From NCBI GenBank assembly GCA_943787795.1, contig CALSNU010000006.1:288001-352000 (forward strand): a DNA stretch of 64,000 nt, given 5' to 3'. Shown here in pieces: positions 9,901 through 17,968 of the stretch. The stretch comes from an uncultured bacterium. GTDB lineage: Bacteria; Planctomycetota; UBA1135; GCA-002686595. Made by a program: the position numbers and the translations under genes. The notes beneath the pieces were generated by a model. That model was not told the DNA's origin and did not search any database. It saw only the letters and a list, made by a program, of their open reading frames with translations. The stretch's first letter is position 1, and each line of letters begins with the position of its first letter.

Positions 9901-11290
9901 GCCGCAACGCACGCAGGTAGGCACCCAGCCTCGCCAGTCGCAGCAGCCGCAACAGACGACTGGCCTGACCGGCCTCGCCCACCAGGCCGTCCAGACCGCT
10001 GATCAGTCCAAACGGAAGCGCCGGGAGGAAGTCGGTCCAGATATGCCGGCGTAGCCAGAGGCGGCGCCGGCTCACGAAGGCCAGCTTCACGCCGAAGTCC
10101 ACCAGCAAGAAGCCGCAGATGAGCGTGTCGACCGCGGTCATGGCAACGTCAGGGAGGCCCAGGTCGACGACCCCAACTGCCCGGGCCACCTCGAGCACCA
10201 GAAGCACCAGGACCCCGAGGATCGAGGCCACGACCATCCGCTCCCAGAGCGCCACGCGGCCCTCTCCAAAGCGGGTCTCAAGCTTCAGCTGCAAGCGCTG
10301 CTCCACGAGCTCGCGCTCGACCCGGCGCAGCCTCCGAGCGAGCCTCGCGCGGTCCCGACCGGGTTCAGCCTCGAGCTCCGCAAGGTGCCAGAGCAAGGCG
10401 TCCTCAGCCTCCCTCAAGACGCCGACGCACTCCGCAGAGGTGGCCTCGCCGGTGAGCAGAATGGCGTCGTCCGCGTGATCGACCATGCGCCCGGCCATCG
10501 CGGTTCGCAGGTCAGCATCCAGCCGGCCCGCAGCGGCGTGGCTCGCCAGCGACCGACGCAGTTCGGCACGCGTGATGCTCACCTCGTCTGGCGCCTGACC
10601 CTCCTCGAATGTCTGGCGCTCCGGGTCGTTCGTCCAGGCCCCTGAGTCACCGGCCTGGGCCCCCGAGGCGTCAATCTGGGTCTCCGAGAGCTCGCCCTGC
10701 CGAACGCGGGCGTCTGCGGACCGGCGCGGATCCGAGGGAGACCCCGATGCCGCCTGCCCGACCCGAACGCCAGCGAGCAGGAACTCCTCGACTCGCATCA
10801 ACGCCGCGAAGACCTTCTCAGGCTCCAGCAGGGCCTCGGCCCGGCGCGCCGCCAACCAGCGGGATCGGTTGACGGTCAGAGCGCTGCCAAGTCTCCCCGA
10901 GGCCCCGGAGGACCCGCTGCGCTCCAGGTGCCCCCGCCAAGAGAGGGTGACCGACCGGGCATGCCGGGCGGAGTCCGCGCCGCCGAGGGAGCCGCTCGAG
11001 GCCTCCTCAAGGCCGAAGAGCCGCGCCTCAAGCCCCGCCAGCGACGAGGCCCGCAGTTGACCGTCGAGCGAACCCCAGTCCGCCCTGAGCGCGGCCGCAT
11101 CTCCCTGCAGGGACTCCCAAGCCGTGACCACATCCACGGACCTGGGGCCATCGCGGGGCAACCCGTCAGGCTCCCCTGTGCGCCTGCCGCGGCCGTCTTC
11201 CAGGCCCCCGAATTCGGCGCCGGGCCCCTCCTCGGACAGGGGCCACGCCGCGCTGGGCGGATCTGGATCGTTCGGAGGATGGGAGGTCAC
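6980..11290 (-). CDS. Large membrane protein with an ion-transport-type voltage-sensor (S1-S4) domain
   Basis: Open frame of >1400 codons; S4-like RLLRLLRLARLGAYLRALR, S3-like WTDFLPALP; start uncertain (GTG 11290 chosen; frame open to 11593). Confidence 0.7.
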   Translation of the reverse strand: MTSHPPNDPDPPSAAWPLSEEGPGAEFGGLEDGRGRRTGEPDGLPRDGPRSVDVVTAWESLQGDAAALRADWGSLDGQLRASSLAGLEARLFGLEEASSGSLGGADSARHARSVTLSWRGHLERSGSSGASGRLGSALTVNRSRWLAARRAEALLEPEKVFAALMRVEEFLLAGVRVGQAASGSPSDPRRSADARVRQGELSETQIDASGAQAGDSGAWTNDPERQTFEEGQAPDEVSITRAELRRSLASHAAAGRLDADLRTAMAGRMVDHADDAILLTGEATSAECVGVLREAEDALLWHLAELEAEPGRDRARLARRLRRVERELVEQRLQLKLETRFGEGRVALWERMVVASILGVLVLLVLEVARAVGVVDLGLPDVAMTAVDTLICGFLLVDFGVKLAFVSRRRLWLRRHIWTDFLPALPFGLISGLDGLVGEAGQASRLLRLLRLARLGAYLRALRPVIWFVRALGFLLRGLDRVVRRHAAALEMEVILFPTPAEQREVWRRDAALRRGLSSLRRSLDAWFHEAHTSGDLAAREVLEAARAEVLEGALERTAAAPSGDPGRRRHRLPLAEDLLRQLSEVSGEELVEQLGSSTVERLARAARLVALSPLRWLPGLGSWAAPDALGAAAAEHVSRSVHVLAAGLHRALRRVLWWADLHGTLTPGEVVGRIGSALVARTSRPAVRLLLFGIPFLGVQLALMALDPEGDAELKSFAVIRLISGVVGTAFYVLGGSCLVLLAIGSWLQRMARDTTTFHEKVARAQFLYLMDSLKARRHDEDASFLRDRVFRPERALRGESDALVEADGRRFHSGLKEFLQSGEPLRSGGDGFDHVARALLLYRDQLDGALLAHTDTRATSQLLGNLAVRRFAGASGRVTASRLRWMQSLDLERRRTLVRGPYLWFHAISRSLETRAARLIVEYNAHAIPESDLERASEGERAAHRRWLDGAAQGDEAEGRGGADGDALHGGGDGDEGGGKRRLELRAGELTTAFTVLHFLDAHAGRDGEIERRFGTAVADKMRRDRRALVRSVFGTYPLHLLPLESRVLNLRSLYEDWLQGGRVVVLPLRLGLVMSRLLAAGFGRLIKAVRVIRRPGVALESGPDHEAGFDVAARKIQRMRGPAAVAAMELRAILDPEYHGVTLPAASSDSMGAAESSAGLAGAGVPWRAQPSAALADARFLGADPTSIRLLRSLRRRAGRDVARLAASLLGGLKDRLAARLGVDPTVDAESLRCLYLYVLSDADGVRSALFGEEVLVDTVVDALLHGAKRPSARPRLRLRLAFRRWWTSGGEQRVTRAALAGGALPQGPGERLDRSPADGASPEASDLAWRRRQARRRLRRTAWRVVAADVDGARACLVSALSGTGSPDRLAAEERLASALRHPSRTTEQVVALRATQSLTLLDIRNYRRQVWLLGDYGADGDPEPAPLPGAV

Positions 11291-11607
11291 GGCGTTCGGG
11301 GCGGCGCGCAGTCTACTGACCCTGGCCAAAGGCCCGGAGCCATCGACGAGGATCCCACAGGTTCCCCCGGTCACCGATCCAGGATGAACCCACCTCCGCT
11401 GAGACCCCCGCTGAGACATCCGCCGAGTCCGGGCTGAGTCGGCGCTGGCCCCCGCCGAGCTCCCATGCGGCCGTCTGACGTGCCGGCGCCCCCTCTCGCT
11501 GAAGTTGAGCGCTCGGATGAAATACGGGGGATCGTTCGCCAGTAAGGCGTTGGTACCATCGGCCCAGCGGGGTCCGTCCGATCCCCGAAACACGCGCGAC
11601 CACTGCC

Positions 11608-12381
11608 ATGACCGAAGACACGCCCCCCAATCTGGAGCCCCCCTCGACCGCCAACGACGCCGGCTCGGCCCCCGCCAAGATCGAGAAGGAGTCCATCTGG
11701 GAGGTCTACTACCCCTTCAACGCGGACAAGGACAAGGACGCGGTTCCGGTCGCCTCCTTCCCGATGATCATCTACTTCTGGCCCACCCTGCTCGCCTTCT
11801 TGCTCTGCGGCGTGATCCAGTCCTTCGGCGACGAGGCGACGCAGTCCGTGACGCTCGGCTGGTGGGCCACCGGGGCCCTGACCTTCAACCTCATGGTGAT
11901 CGTCACCGACCTCGACCAGAAGAAGTTCGCCATCGTCCTGCTCCTGGTACTGCTCGCCTGCGCGGGGCTCTACGTCGGCAGACTCAAGGGGTGGGCCGTC
12001 CTGGGTGACGCAGGCCACTGGATCGCCGCGCTCCAGGTGAGCTACAGCACCGCCGCCTACCTCGTCGTCGGCTGCTCGCTGCTGTTCTTCTTCTTGCTGG
12101 GCATGCTCCAGCCGCGGCTCAACTACTGGCGCCTCGAGCCGAACGAGTTCGTCCACTACGTCCAGCCCTGGGGCAGAGACCAGAGCATCCCGCGCCTGGG
12201 GAGCACCGTGACCCGCGAGGTCCCGGACGTCCTCGAGCTGCTCCTCACCTTCGGCGGCGGCACGCTCGCGATCAAGCGAGAGGGGCAGGTGGTGGCGCGA
12301 ATCCAGCACGTGCCCTTCCTGGGCAAGCGCATGAAGTCCATCGAGCGCCTCCTCGGCGTCACGCGCGTCCAGCACACCTGA
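11608..12381 (+). CDS. Hypothetical membrane protein (about 4 TM plus soluble C-terminal domain)
   Basis: Strong GC3 codon bias and hydrophobic segments; probably co-transcribed with the M18 peptidase. Confidence 0.8.
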   Translation: MTEDTPPNLEPPSTANDAGSAPAKIEKESIWEVYYPFNADKDKDAVPVASFPMIIYFWPTLLAFLLCGVIQSFGDEATQSVTLGWWATGALTFNLMVIVTDLDQKKFAIVLLLVLLACAGLYVGRLKGWAVLGDAGHWIAALQVSYSTAAYLVVGCSLLFFFLLGMLQPRLNYWRLEPNEFVHYVQPWGRDQSIPRLGSTVTREVPDVLELLLTFGGGTLAIKREGQVVARIQHVPFLGKRMKSIERLLGVTRVQHT

Positions 12382-12405
12382 GCCGGCTGCTCTCCCCGTA
12401 TCCAC

Positions 12406-13704
12406 ATGTCGATCATCGAATTCCCCGAGCGCGTCGCGCTCGACATGGCGTCTTACATCGACGCCTCTCCGTCGCCTTACCACGCCTGCGACACCTCGGC
12501 CGAGCGCCTGGTCGCAGGGGGCTTCACCGAGATCAATGAGCTCGAGACGTGGACCGAGGTCCCAGAGCGCGGGTTCGTACGCCGGGGCGGATCCCTGTTT
12601 GCGTGGTACTTCCCAGCCGAGCTGGATCCCGCCACCGGTTTCCGCATCGCGGGCGCCCACACGGACAGCCCCAACCTGCGGATCAAGCCCCGCCCCGACA
12701 CAGGCGCGGCGGGCTTCCGCCAGCTGGGCGTCGAGGTCTACGGCGGGGTCCTGCTGAACTCCTGGCTGGACCGCGACCTGGGGATCAGCGGTCGTGCCTT
12801 CGTCTCCGATGGACCGCACCTGGTCGAGCGCCACTTCAAGGTCGACCGGCCGATCCTGCGGGTCCCGCAGCTCGCCATCCACCTGGATCGAGCGATCGGA
12901 GAGAAGGGGTTGAAGCTCGACAAGCAACAGCACATGGCGCCGGTCATGGCCGTTGGCGACAGCAAGGAGGGCGCCTTCGCCGAATTCCTCGCCCAGGAAC
13001 TCGGGATCGCCCCTGGGGCGATCAAGAGCTACGACGCGATGGTCCACGACCTCACCCCCTCCGGGCTCCTCGGCGCCGAGAAGGACATGCTCGCGGCCCC
13101 TCGGCTGGACAACCTCTGCAGCTCCTATTGCGCCCTTACGGCGCTGATCGAGACGGCGGCCAAGGGACCCTCGCACCCGCTGGCGGTCACGCTCTTTGAT
13201 CATGAGGAGGTCGGCAGCGCCAGTCGGGGCGGCGCCGACGGTCCGCTCCTCGGCGACGTCACAGAGCGGCTGATCCTGGCCCGTGGAGGAGACCGCGACT
13301 CCTATCTCCGCAGCATCCAGGACTCCATCTGCGTCTCGGCCGACATGGCCCACGCGGTCCACCCCAACTACGTGGACCGGCACGAGCCCGATCACCACAT
13401 CCACCTGAACGGCGGCCCTGTGATCAAGGTCAACGCCAACCAGCGCTACGCCACCGAGGCCGAGACCGAGGCGCTCTTCCAGATGGCCTGCGAGCGCGCT
13501 GGGGTCCCGTTCCAGAAGTGGGTGATGAAGACCAACATGGCCTGCGGGTCGACCATCGGCCCGCTCACGGCAGCGAAGCATGGCATGCGCACCGTGGACG
13601 TTGGATGCGCTCAGCTCTCCATGCACAGTGCCCGTGAGCTCTGCGGCGTGAAGGACCCGGCCTGGATGGTCTCGGCGCTCGGCGAGATGTTCCTCATGAA
13701 CTGA
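12406..13704 (+). CDS. apeB: M18 family (aspartyl) aminopeptidase
   Basis: SPSPYHA, GAHTDSP, RLDNL, FDHEEVGS, SADMAHAVHPNY, CGSTIGP, LSMHSARE. Confidence 0.93.
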   Translation: MSIIEFPERVALDMASYIDASPSPYHACDTSAERLVAGGFTEINELETWTEVPERGFVRRGGSLFAWYFPAELDPATGFRIAGAHTDSPNLRIKPRPDTGAAGFRQLGVEVYGGVLLNSWLDRDLGISGRAFVSDGPHLVERHFKVDRPILRVPQLAIHLDRAIGEKGLKLDKQQHMAPVMAVGDSKEGAFAEFLAQELGIAPGAIKSYDAMVHDLTPSGLLGAEKDMLAAPRLDNLCSSYCALTALIETAAKGPSHPLAVTLFDHEEVGSASRGGADGPLLGDVTERLILARGGDRDSYLRSIQDSICVSADMAHAVHPNYVDRHEPDHHIHLNGGPVIKVNANQRYATEAETEALFQMACERAGVPFQKWVMKTNMACGSTIGPLTAAKHGMRTVDVGCAQLSMHSARELCGVKDPAWMVSALGEMFLMN

Positions 13705-14638
13705 GGGCGCCGAGCAGCTCCGGCGCTCCCCTGGCGAACTGGAAGGTCAGCCGAGCGTTGATGTCCGTCGCCACCTGGAGGCTCACCGCCCCGTCGGCTC
13801 CCCTCCAGCGGAAGGCGTCCACACCGAAGGGGCCCGAGTACCCAAGATCCACCAGCGCCTCGCCCACCTGCGCGCCAGAGCGGACCAGACGAACGTACCC
13901 CGCCTCACTGAGCGGCGGCACCACTCGGAGTTGTTCTCCAGGCTCATCGCCGGGCTCATCTTCGTGCGCCGGGCCCCGCCACCGCAGGGGCTCGCCGCAG
14001 CGGACCCCGCCGCCCTCATCAACGAACCCGTGGACGGAGTACTCGTCCACGATGTCAACCAGCGGCTGGACCTCCACCGGGCCCTCAGCGAGGGCCGCCC
14101 GGCTCCAGCGCTCCGCCGGCTCCCCCCATGCCTCGGCGATCAACCGCCCGCTCCCCGCGCTGCAAAGAGAGCGGCGCAGGACCCAGGCGGCTCGGCCATG
14201 AACTCCGCCGCCACTTCGTGGTAGCCCTGCCCGCTCCACCGCCGCCCTCAGCGCGCCTTGAGACGTGACGACGAGCGCCCCGGGGAGCGGGTCCAGCGCC
14301 GCGAAGGTCTCACGCGAGTTGGCTGCGATCAGCGCCTCCACGGACGGTCCGGGGAGCTCAAGCCCCACGCGCGCCATGGCCGCCCTGGCCCGGGGCGTTG
14401 GACACCAGGCTCGCGGCGTCGCGCCGCGGGGAAGCGCGCCTTGAGACTCCTGCACCCCATCCACGACCACGTCGCCTGGGCCCAGGACCCCACCCTCCTT
14501 CACGGGGCGACCGAGGTGCTCGATGGCCTCGGCCATTCGGCGCCGAGCCGCCGCACCAGGCGCTCGCGCCGCGACGCCGGCTCGATGGGCCGCGAGCTCC
14601 CGCTCGGCGTCCAGGTTGAAGATCCAGGCGATTGTCAC
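13694..14638 (-). CDS. ATP-grasp-like protein
   Basis: C-terminal GYSGPFGVD...DINAR, SAGSGR loop, VEVQP; GTG start at 14638 overlaps the upstream TGA (GTGA). Confidence 0.7.
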   Translation of the reverse strand: MTIAWIFNLDAERELAAHRAGVAARAPGAAARRRMAEAIEHLGRPVKEGGVLGPGDVVVDGVQESQGALPRGATPRAWCPTPRARAAMARVGLELPGPSVEALIAANSRETFAALDPLPGALVVTSQGALRAAVERAGLPRSGGGVHGRAAWVLRRSLCSAGSGRLIAEAWGEPAERWSRAALAEGPVEVQPLVDIVDEYSVHGFVDEGGGVRCGEPLRWRGPAHEDEPGDEPGEQLRVVPPLSEAGYVRLVRSGAQVGEALVDLGYSGPFGVDAFRWRGADGAVSLQVATDINARLTFQFARGAPELLGALSS

Positions 14639-15555
14639 CGACGCGACGGCGTTCGGGTGTCCCCGGCCGCCTCGAGCCGGTCGAGGAAGACCTCGGACAG
14701 CCCAGCGCGGCGCCGTCGATCGCGGTCTAGCGGGTCCCCTTTGAGCACCGCAGGGGTGAGCGGCGGCGGTAGCTCCGCGACCCATCGGTCGTAGTCAGGG
14801 CCCGCCCCCGGTGCCGCGTCGGACCACGCGGAGAACCAGCGCGCCGCGAAGTGCACATGAGCAACCTCTTCCCTCCCCACGCGTGCCACGAGTTCTGCGC
14901 TCTGCACATCGCCCGCCTGGCGCAGCAGGTCCTCGAATCGATGGGCATGCTCCAGGTTGCCGCCCTCGAAGCCAAGCCCCATGAGCGCGACGTACTGCAG
15001 GGGGGTCCGGCAGCCAAGCGTCCGCTCCCAGAACCAATCGCGGACGGCGTGGGTGCCATAGGGCGCGCCGAGTTCCTCCAGCCGAGCCGCGTAGCAGGCC
15101 GCGTGCCGTACCTCGTCCAGCATCACGGAGAACAGCTCCTCGCGGAAGGCGTCCGGCGCTCCCGGGAACGCGAGGATGGCCCAGCCGCAGAGCTCGGCCG
15201 CCTGGATCTCGTGGTGTGTGAAGACATGCAGCAGTCGCGCCACCGCGGAGGCCTCCCGAAGCGCTCCTGGCCGAGGGATTCGATCGGCGCGCGGGCTCAC
15301 CCGGAGCCTCGGATCTCGACCGGGACCAGCGAGCCGAACGGCCTCAGGAGGCGCGGGCCCCGCCATGAGCGACGCGGCCGGAAGCTGGAGCTTGAGGCGC
15401 AGGTCATGGCCCTCGATGTAGGAGCGAATCCACGCCTCTCGGGTCACGCCGGCCGCCGCTCGGCCACGAGCGGCCTCGACATCTCTCCCCCCAGGCCCAA
15501 CTCCCGGCCCCCCCCCGTGTCCAGGCTCAGCCGCCTTCGTGGGCTCAGGAGCCAA
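14635..15555 (-). CDS. Ferritin-like diiron protein (DUF455 family)
   Basis: HHEIQAAEL, DEVRHA, FEGGNLEH, EEVAHV diiron-type E/ExxH ligands; start may be GTG 15447. Confidence 0.85.
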   Translation of the reverse strand: MAPEPTKAAEPGHGGGPGVGPGGRDVEAARGRAAAGVTREAWIRSYIEGHDLRLKLQLPAASLMAGPAPPEAVRLAGPGRDPRLRVSPRADRIPRPGALREASAVARLLHVFTHHEIQAAELCGWAILAFPGAPDAFREELFSVMLDEVRHAACYAARLEELGAPYGTHAVRDWFWERTLGCRTPLQYVALMGLGFEGGNLEHAHRFEDLLRQAGDVQSAELVARVGREEVAHVHFAARWFSAWSDAAPGAGPDYDRWVAELPPPLTPAVLKGDPLDRDRRRRAGLSEVFLDRLEAAGDTRTPSRR

Positions 15556-15979
15556 CGGTCACCCTCGCGCCCTTGCTCTCGAGGAAGCGGGCGACTCGCT
15601 CGGAGAGCTCGCCCTGCACCACGACCTCCCCGCCCTTGACCCTCGCACCCGTCCCGAGGCGCTGACCCAGCGCCCTGGCAAGGTCGCCAAGGTCGCGGAC
15701 GTCCACGCCCGCGAGGGACGAAACGATGGTCACCACCTTCCCACCGCGCCCCTTACGCTCCTTCCGCACGAGCCAGTGCGCGCCGGCCTCCATCGCCCGG
15801 TCCGGAGACACCTCGACCGGCTCTTCTCGAGCCGTGGCCGCCTCGCCGCCCTCTCCAGGCACGCCCGGGCCCCCCTTCGACCCAGGAACACCTGGGGCGC
15901 CCCGACGGAGCGCGGCAAAGGGGTTGTGAGTGAGACCCTGCTCACTCTCCCCTCCCAGTTCGACCTTCCGCTTGCTCAT
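15545..15979 (-). CDS. yciH: SUI1/eIF1-family translation initiation factor
   Basis: RKERKGRGGKVVTIV, LGTGARVKGGEVVVQGE. Confidence 0.88.
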   Translation of the reverse strand: MSKRKVELGGESEQGLTHNPFAALRRGAPGVPGSKGGPGVPGEGGEAATAREEPVEVSPDRAMEAGAHWLVRKERKGRGGKVVTIVSSLAGVDVRDLGDLARALGQRLGTGARVKGGEVVVQGELSERVARFLESKGARVTVGS

Positions 15980-16211
15980 GATCAACCTCCTGAACCGCGC
16001 CCACGGTGCCCACCATGGCGCGCCAGCGCCAGCCCTGACTCAAGCTGAGATTTCCTTATGGAAGCGATCGCCCATCACGGTCCCGATCTCGGCTGCTCAG
16101 GGTATGCCTAAGGTGAGGCGGCCCGTACAAACGCCGCCCAACAACTTCTTTGACCGAGAGCAGCCGCATCTGCATCGGCGAATCAACCGCCCCCCCCACT
16201 GACCCACTGGC

Positions 16212-17228
16212 ATGACTCTCCATCTGCCCTGCGCCGCCCTCAAGGCACTCACCACGGCCTCCGTCGCCATCCTCGCAACCACCGCCTCGGCAACTGCTCA
16301 GGGGGTGTTCATGCAGCAATCCAACGACGTCGTGGCCATCCAGATGGAGTCGGCTTTGCCGCCCTCGTCATGGTCCCCGAGCACCGTCACTCCCGGCTTC
16401 ACTGGCCAGAGCTACTTCAGGTGGGACGGGCCCAACTTCTTCTCAACCCCAGGCAACGGCGTCTTTGGATTCGACTTCGAGGTCTCCACTTCGGGGTCGC
16501 ACAGCGTATCGATCTACAACCGCCACGAAGACCCCGATCCGACCGAGGAGAATGACACGTGGGTCCGGATGGATGGCGGAAGCTGGGTCAAGGCGTTCTC
16601 CAACAGGCCTACCAGCGTCGGTAGCTGGACCTGGGAGACCAGGAGTGAAGCGGCCGGCGGCGCTTCGCTTACCTACACCCTGACGCCCGGTCCCCACCGC
16701 ATTGAATTCTCGGGCCGATCGAACGGCTTCAAGATGGACCGTGTGCACATTTACCCCACAGGAGCCAACGGGGAGAACGCAGCCCTCCCCGAGTCGCCGA
16801 GGCGCTTTGGTGACGCGTACTGCACGACCGTCCCCAACAGCACCGGGCTGGCGTCCTCCCTCGAAGCCATCGGCTCGCCGATCGCATCGCAGAACGACGT
16901 CATCCTCTACGGCGCGGACCTTCCAATTGGGGCCCTTGGATACATGGCCGTGGCTCGCACGCAGAGTTTCTTCCCCAACCCCGGTGGAAGCGCGGGCAAC
17001 GTCTGCCTCGGCGCCAACATCGGGCGCTATATCGGCGACGTTCTTGTGGCCGATGGCTCTGGACAGGTCTCCATGGCGCTGGACCTCACATCGATTCCGC
17101 AACCCACCGGATCCCAGCCGACCCTTGCAGGGGAGACCTGGAACTTCCAGTTCTGGCACCGGGACTCCGCGCCCGGCGGGGGCGCGACGTCCAACTTCAG
17201 CCGCGGGCTCGAAGTGACCTTCGAGTGA
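16212..17228 (+). CDS. Secreted protein: jelly-roll/CBM-like N-terminal domain plus conserved-looking C-terminal domain
   Basis: Signal peptide (ATA-QG); beta-rich domain ending GRSNGFKMDRVHIY; C-terminal YC...NSTG...CLG...ETWNFQFWHRD...SNFSRGLEVTF. Confidence 0.8.
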   Translation: MTLHLPCAALKALTTASVAILATTASATAQGVFMQQSNDVVAIQMESALPPSSWSPSTVTPGFTGQSYFRWDGPNFFSTPGNGVFGFDFEVSTSGSHSVSIYNRHEDPDPTEENDTWVRMDGGSWVKAFSNRPTSVGSWTWETRSEAAGGASLTYTLTPGPHRIEFSGRSNGFKMDRVHIYPTGANGENAALPESPRRFGDAYCTTVPNSTGLASSLEAIGSPIASQNDVILYGADLPIGALGYMAVARTQSFFPNPGGSAGNVCLGANIGRYIGDVLVADGSGQVSMALDLTSIPQPTGSQPTLAGETWNFQFWHRDSAPGGGATSNFSRGLEVTFE

Positions 17229-17265
17229 ATCCCCGCCAGGGGCGCACGACGCCTGCCGGCCAACA

Positions 17266-17299
17266 AGCGAGCTCAGACCCCTCCAGGCCTGGGCTCGCT
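17266..17299 (+). terminator. Probable intrinsic terminator hairpin
   Basis: agcgagctcagacc / ggcctgggctcgct stem (with a G-U pair and one mismatch) followed by cgttta. Confidence 0.45.
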
Positions 17300-17344
17300 C
17301 GTTTACCCTGAGCGCGGCGTCCGCGTGAGTCGGAGGCCATAGCG

Positions 17345-17968
17345 ATGGCAGAAGTCACTCAGTTACTACAGGCCATGAGGGCCGGAGACGACGCCAGCGA
17401 TGAGCTGATCGAGGCCGTCTACGCCGAACTCCGGCGTCTCGCGGCCACCAAGCTGGCCCGTGAGCGCGGGCAGACCCTCCAGGCGACAGCTCTGGTGCAT
17501 GAGGCGTGGATGCGAATCGCAGGGCCCGCCGAAGGGGAGGGAGCGCCCCAGCTACGCTTCGAGAATCGGGCCCACTTTCTTGGCGCCGCCGCCGAGGCCA
17601 TGCGGAGGATCCTCATCGAGCGAGCCCGCAGGCGCCAGAGCCTGCGTCACGGCGGCGGCCACGGACACGTGGACCTCGAGCCCGACGCCCTCGTCGAGCT
17701 GCCTCCGAGCACAGACTTGCTGGCCCTCGACGAGGCCCTCCAGAAGCTCACCGCCATGGACGCGTCCCACGGTCGGCTGGTCGAGCTACGCTTCTTTGCC
17801 GGCCTCTCGATCGTCGAGGCCGCCGAGGTGCTCGGGATCTCCAGGGCGACGGCGGACCGCAACTGGGCCTTCGCGCGCTCCTGGCTCTATAACGAACTCC
17901 GGAGTGACTCCTCGGCCCCAGGGGCACGCGGTGTGACGGGCCACCAAGAGCCCGAAGTGGACCGTTGA
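17345..17968 (+). CDS. ECF sigma factor, kinase-associated (ECF43/TIGR02999-like)
   Basis: VYAELRRLA, QTLQATALVHEAW, FLGAAAEAMRRILIERARRR, LVELRFFAGL, WAFARSWL; GGAGG RBS upstream. Confidence 0.93.
   Translation: MAEVTQLLQAMRAGDDASDELIEAVYAELRRLAATKLARERGQTLQATALVHEAWMRIAGPAEGEGAPQLRFENRAHFLGAAAEAMRRILIERARRRQSLRHGGGHGHVDLEPDALVELPPSTDLLALDEALQKLTAMDASHGRLVELRFFAGLSIVEAAEVLGISRATADRNWAFARSWLYNELRSDSSAPGARGVTGHQEPEVDR

Noticed and set aside
11371..13626. 751-aa minus-strand ORF and similar long shadow ORFs (e.g. 18235-19818, 31279-32985, 34265-36151, 45607-47016, 57091-58851)
   Set aside because: They lie antisense to well-supported genes, have no motifs, and are expected from GC3 bias in high-GC DNA
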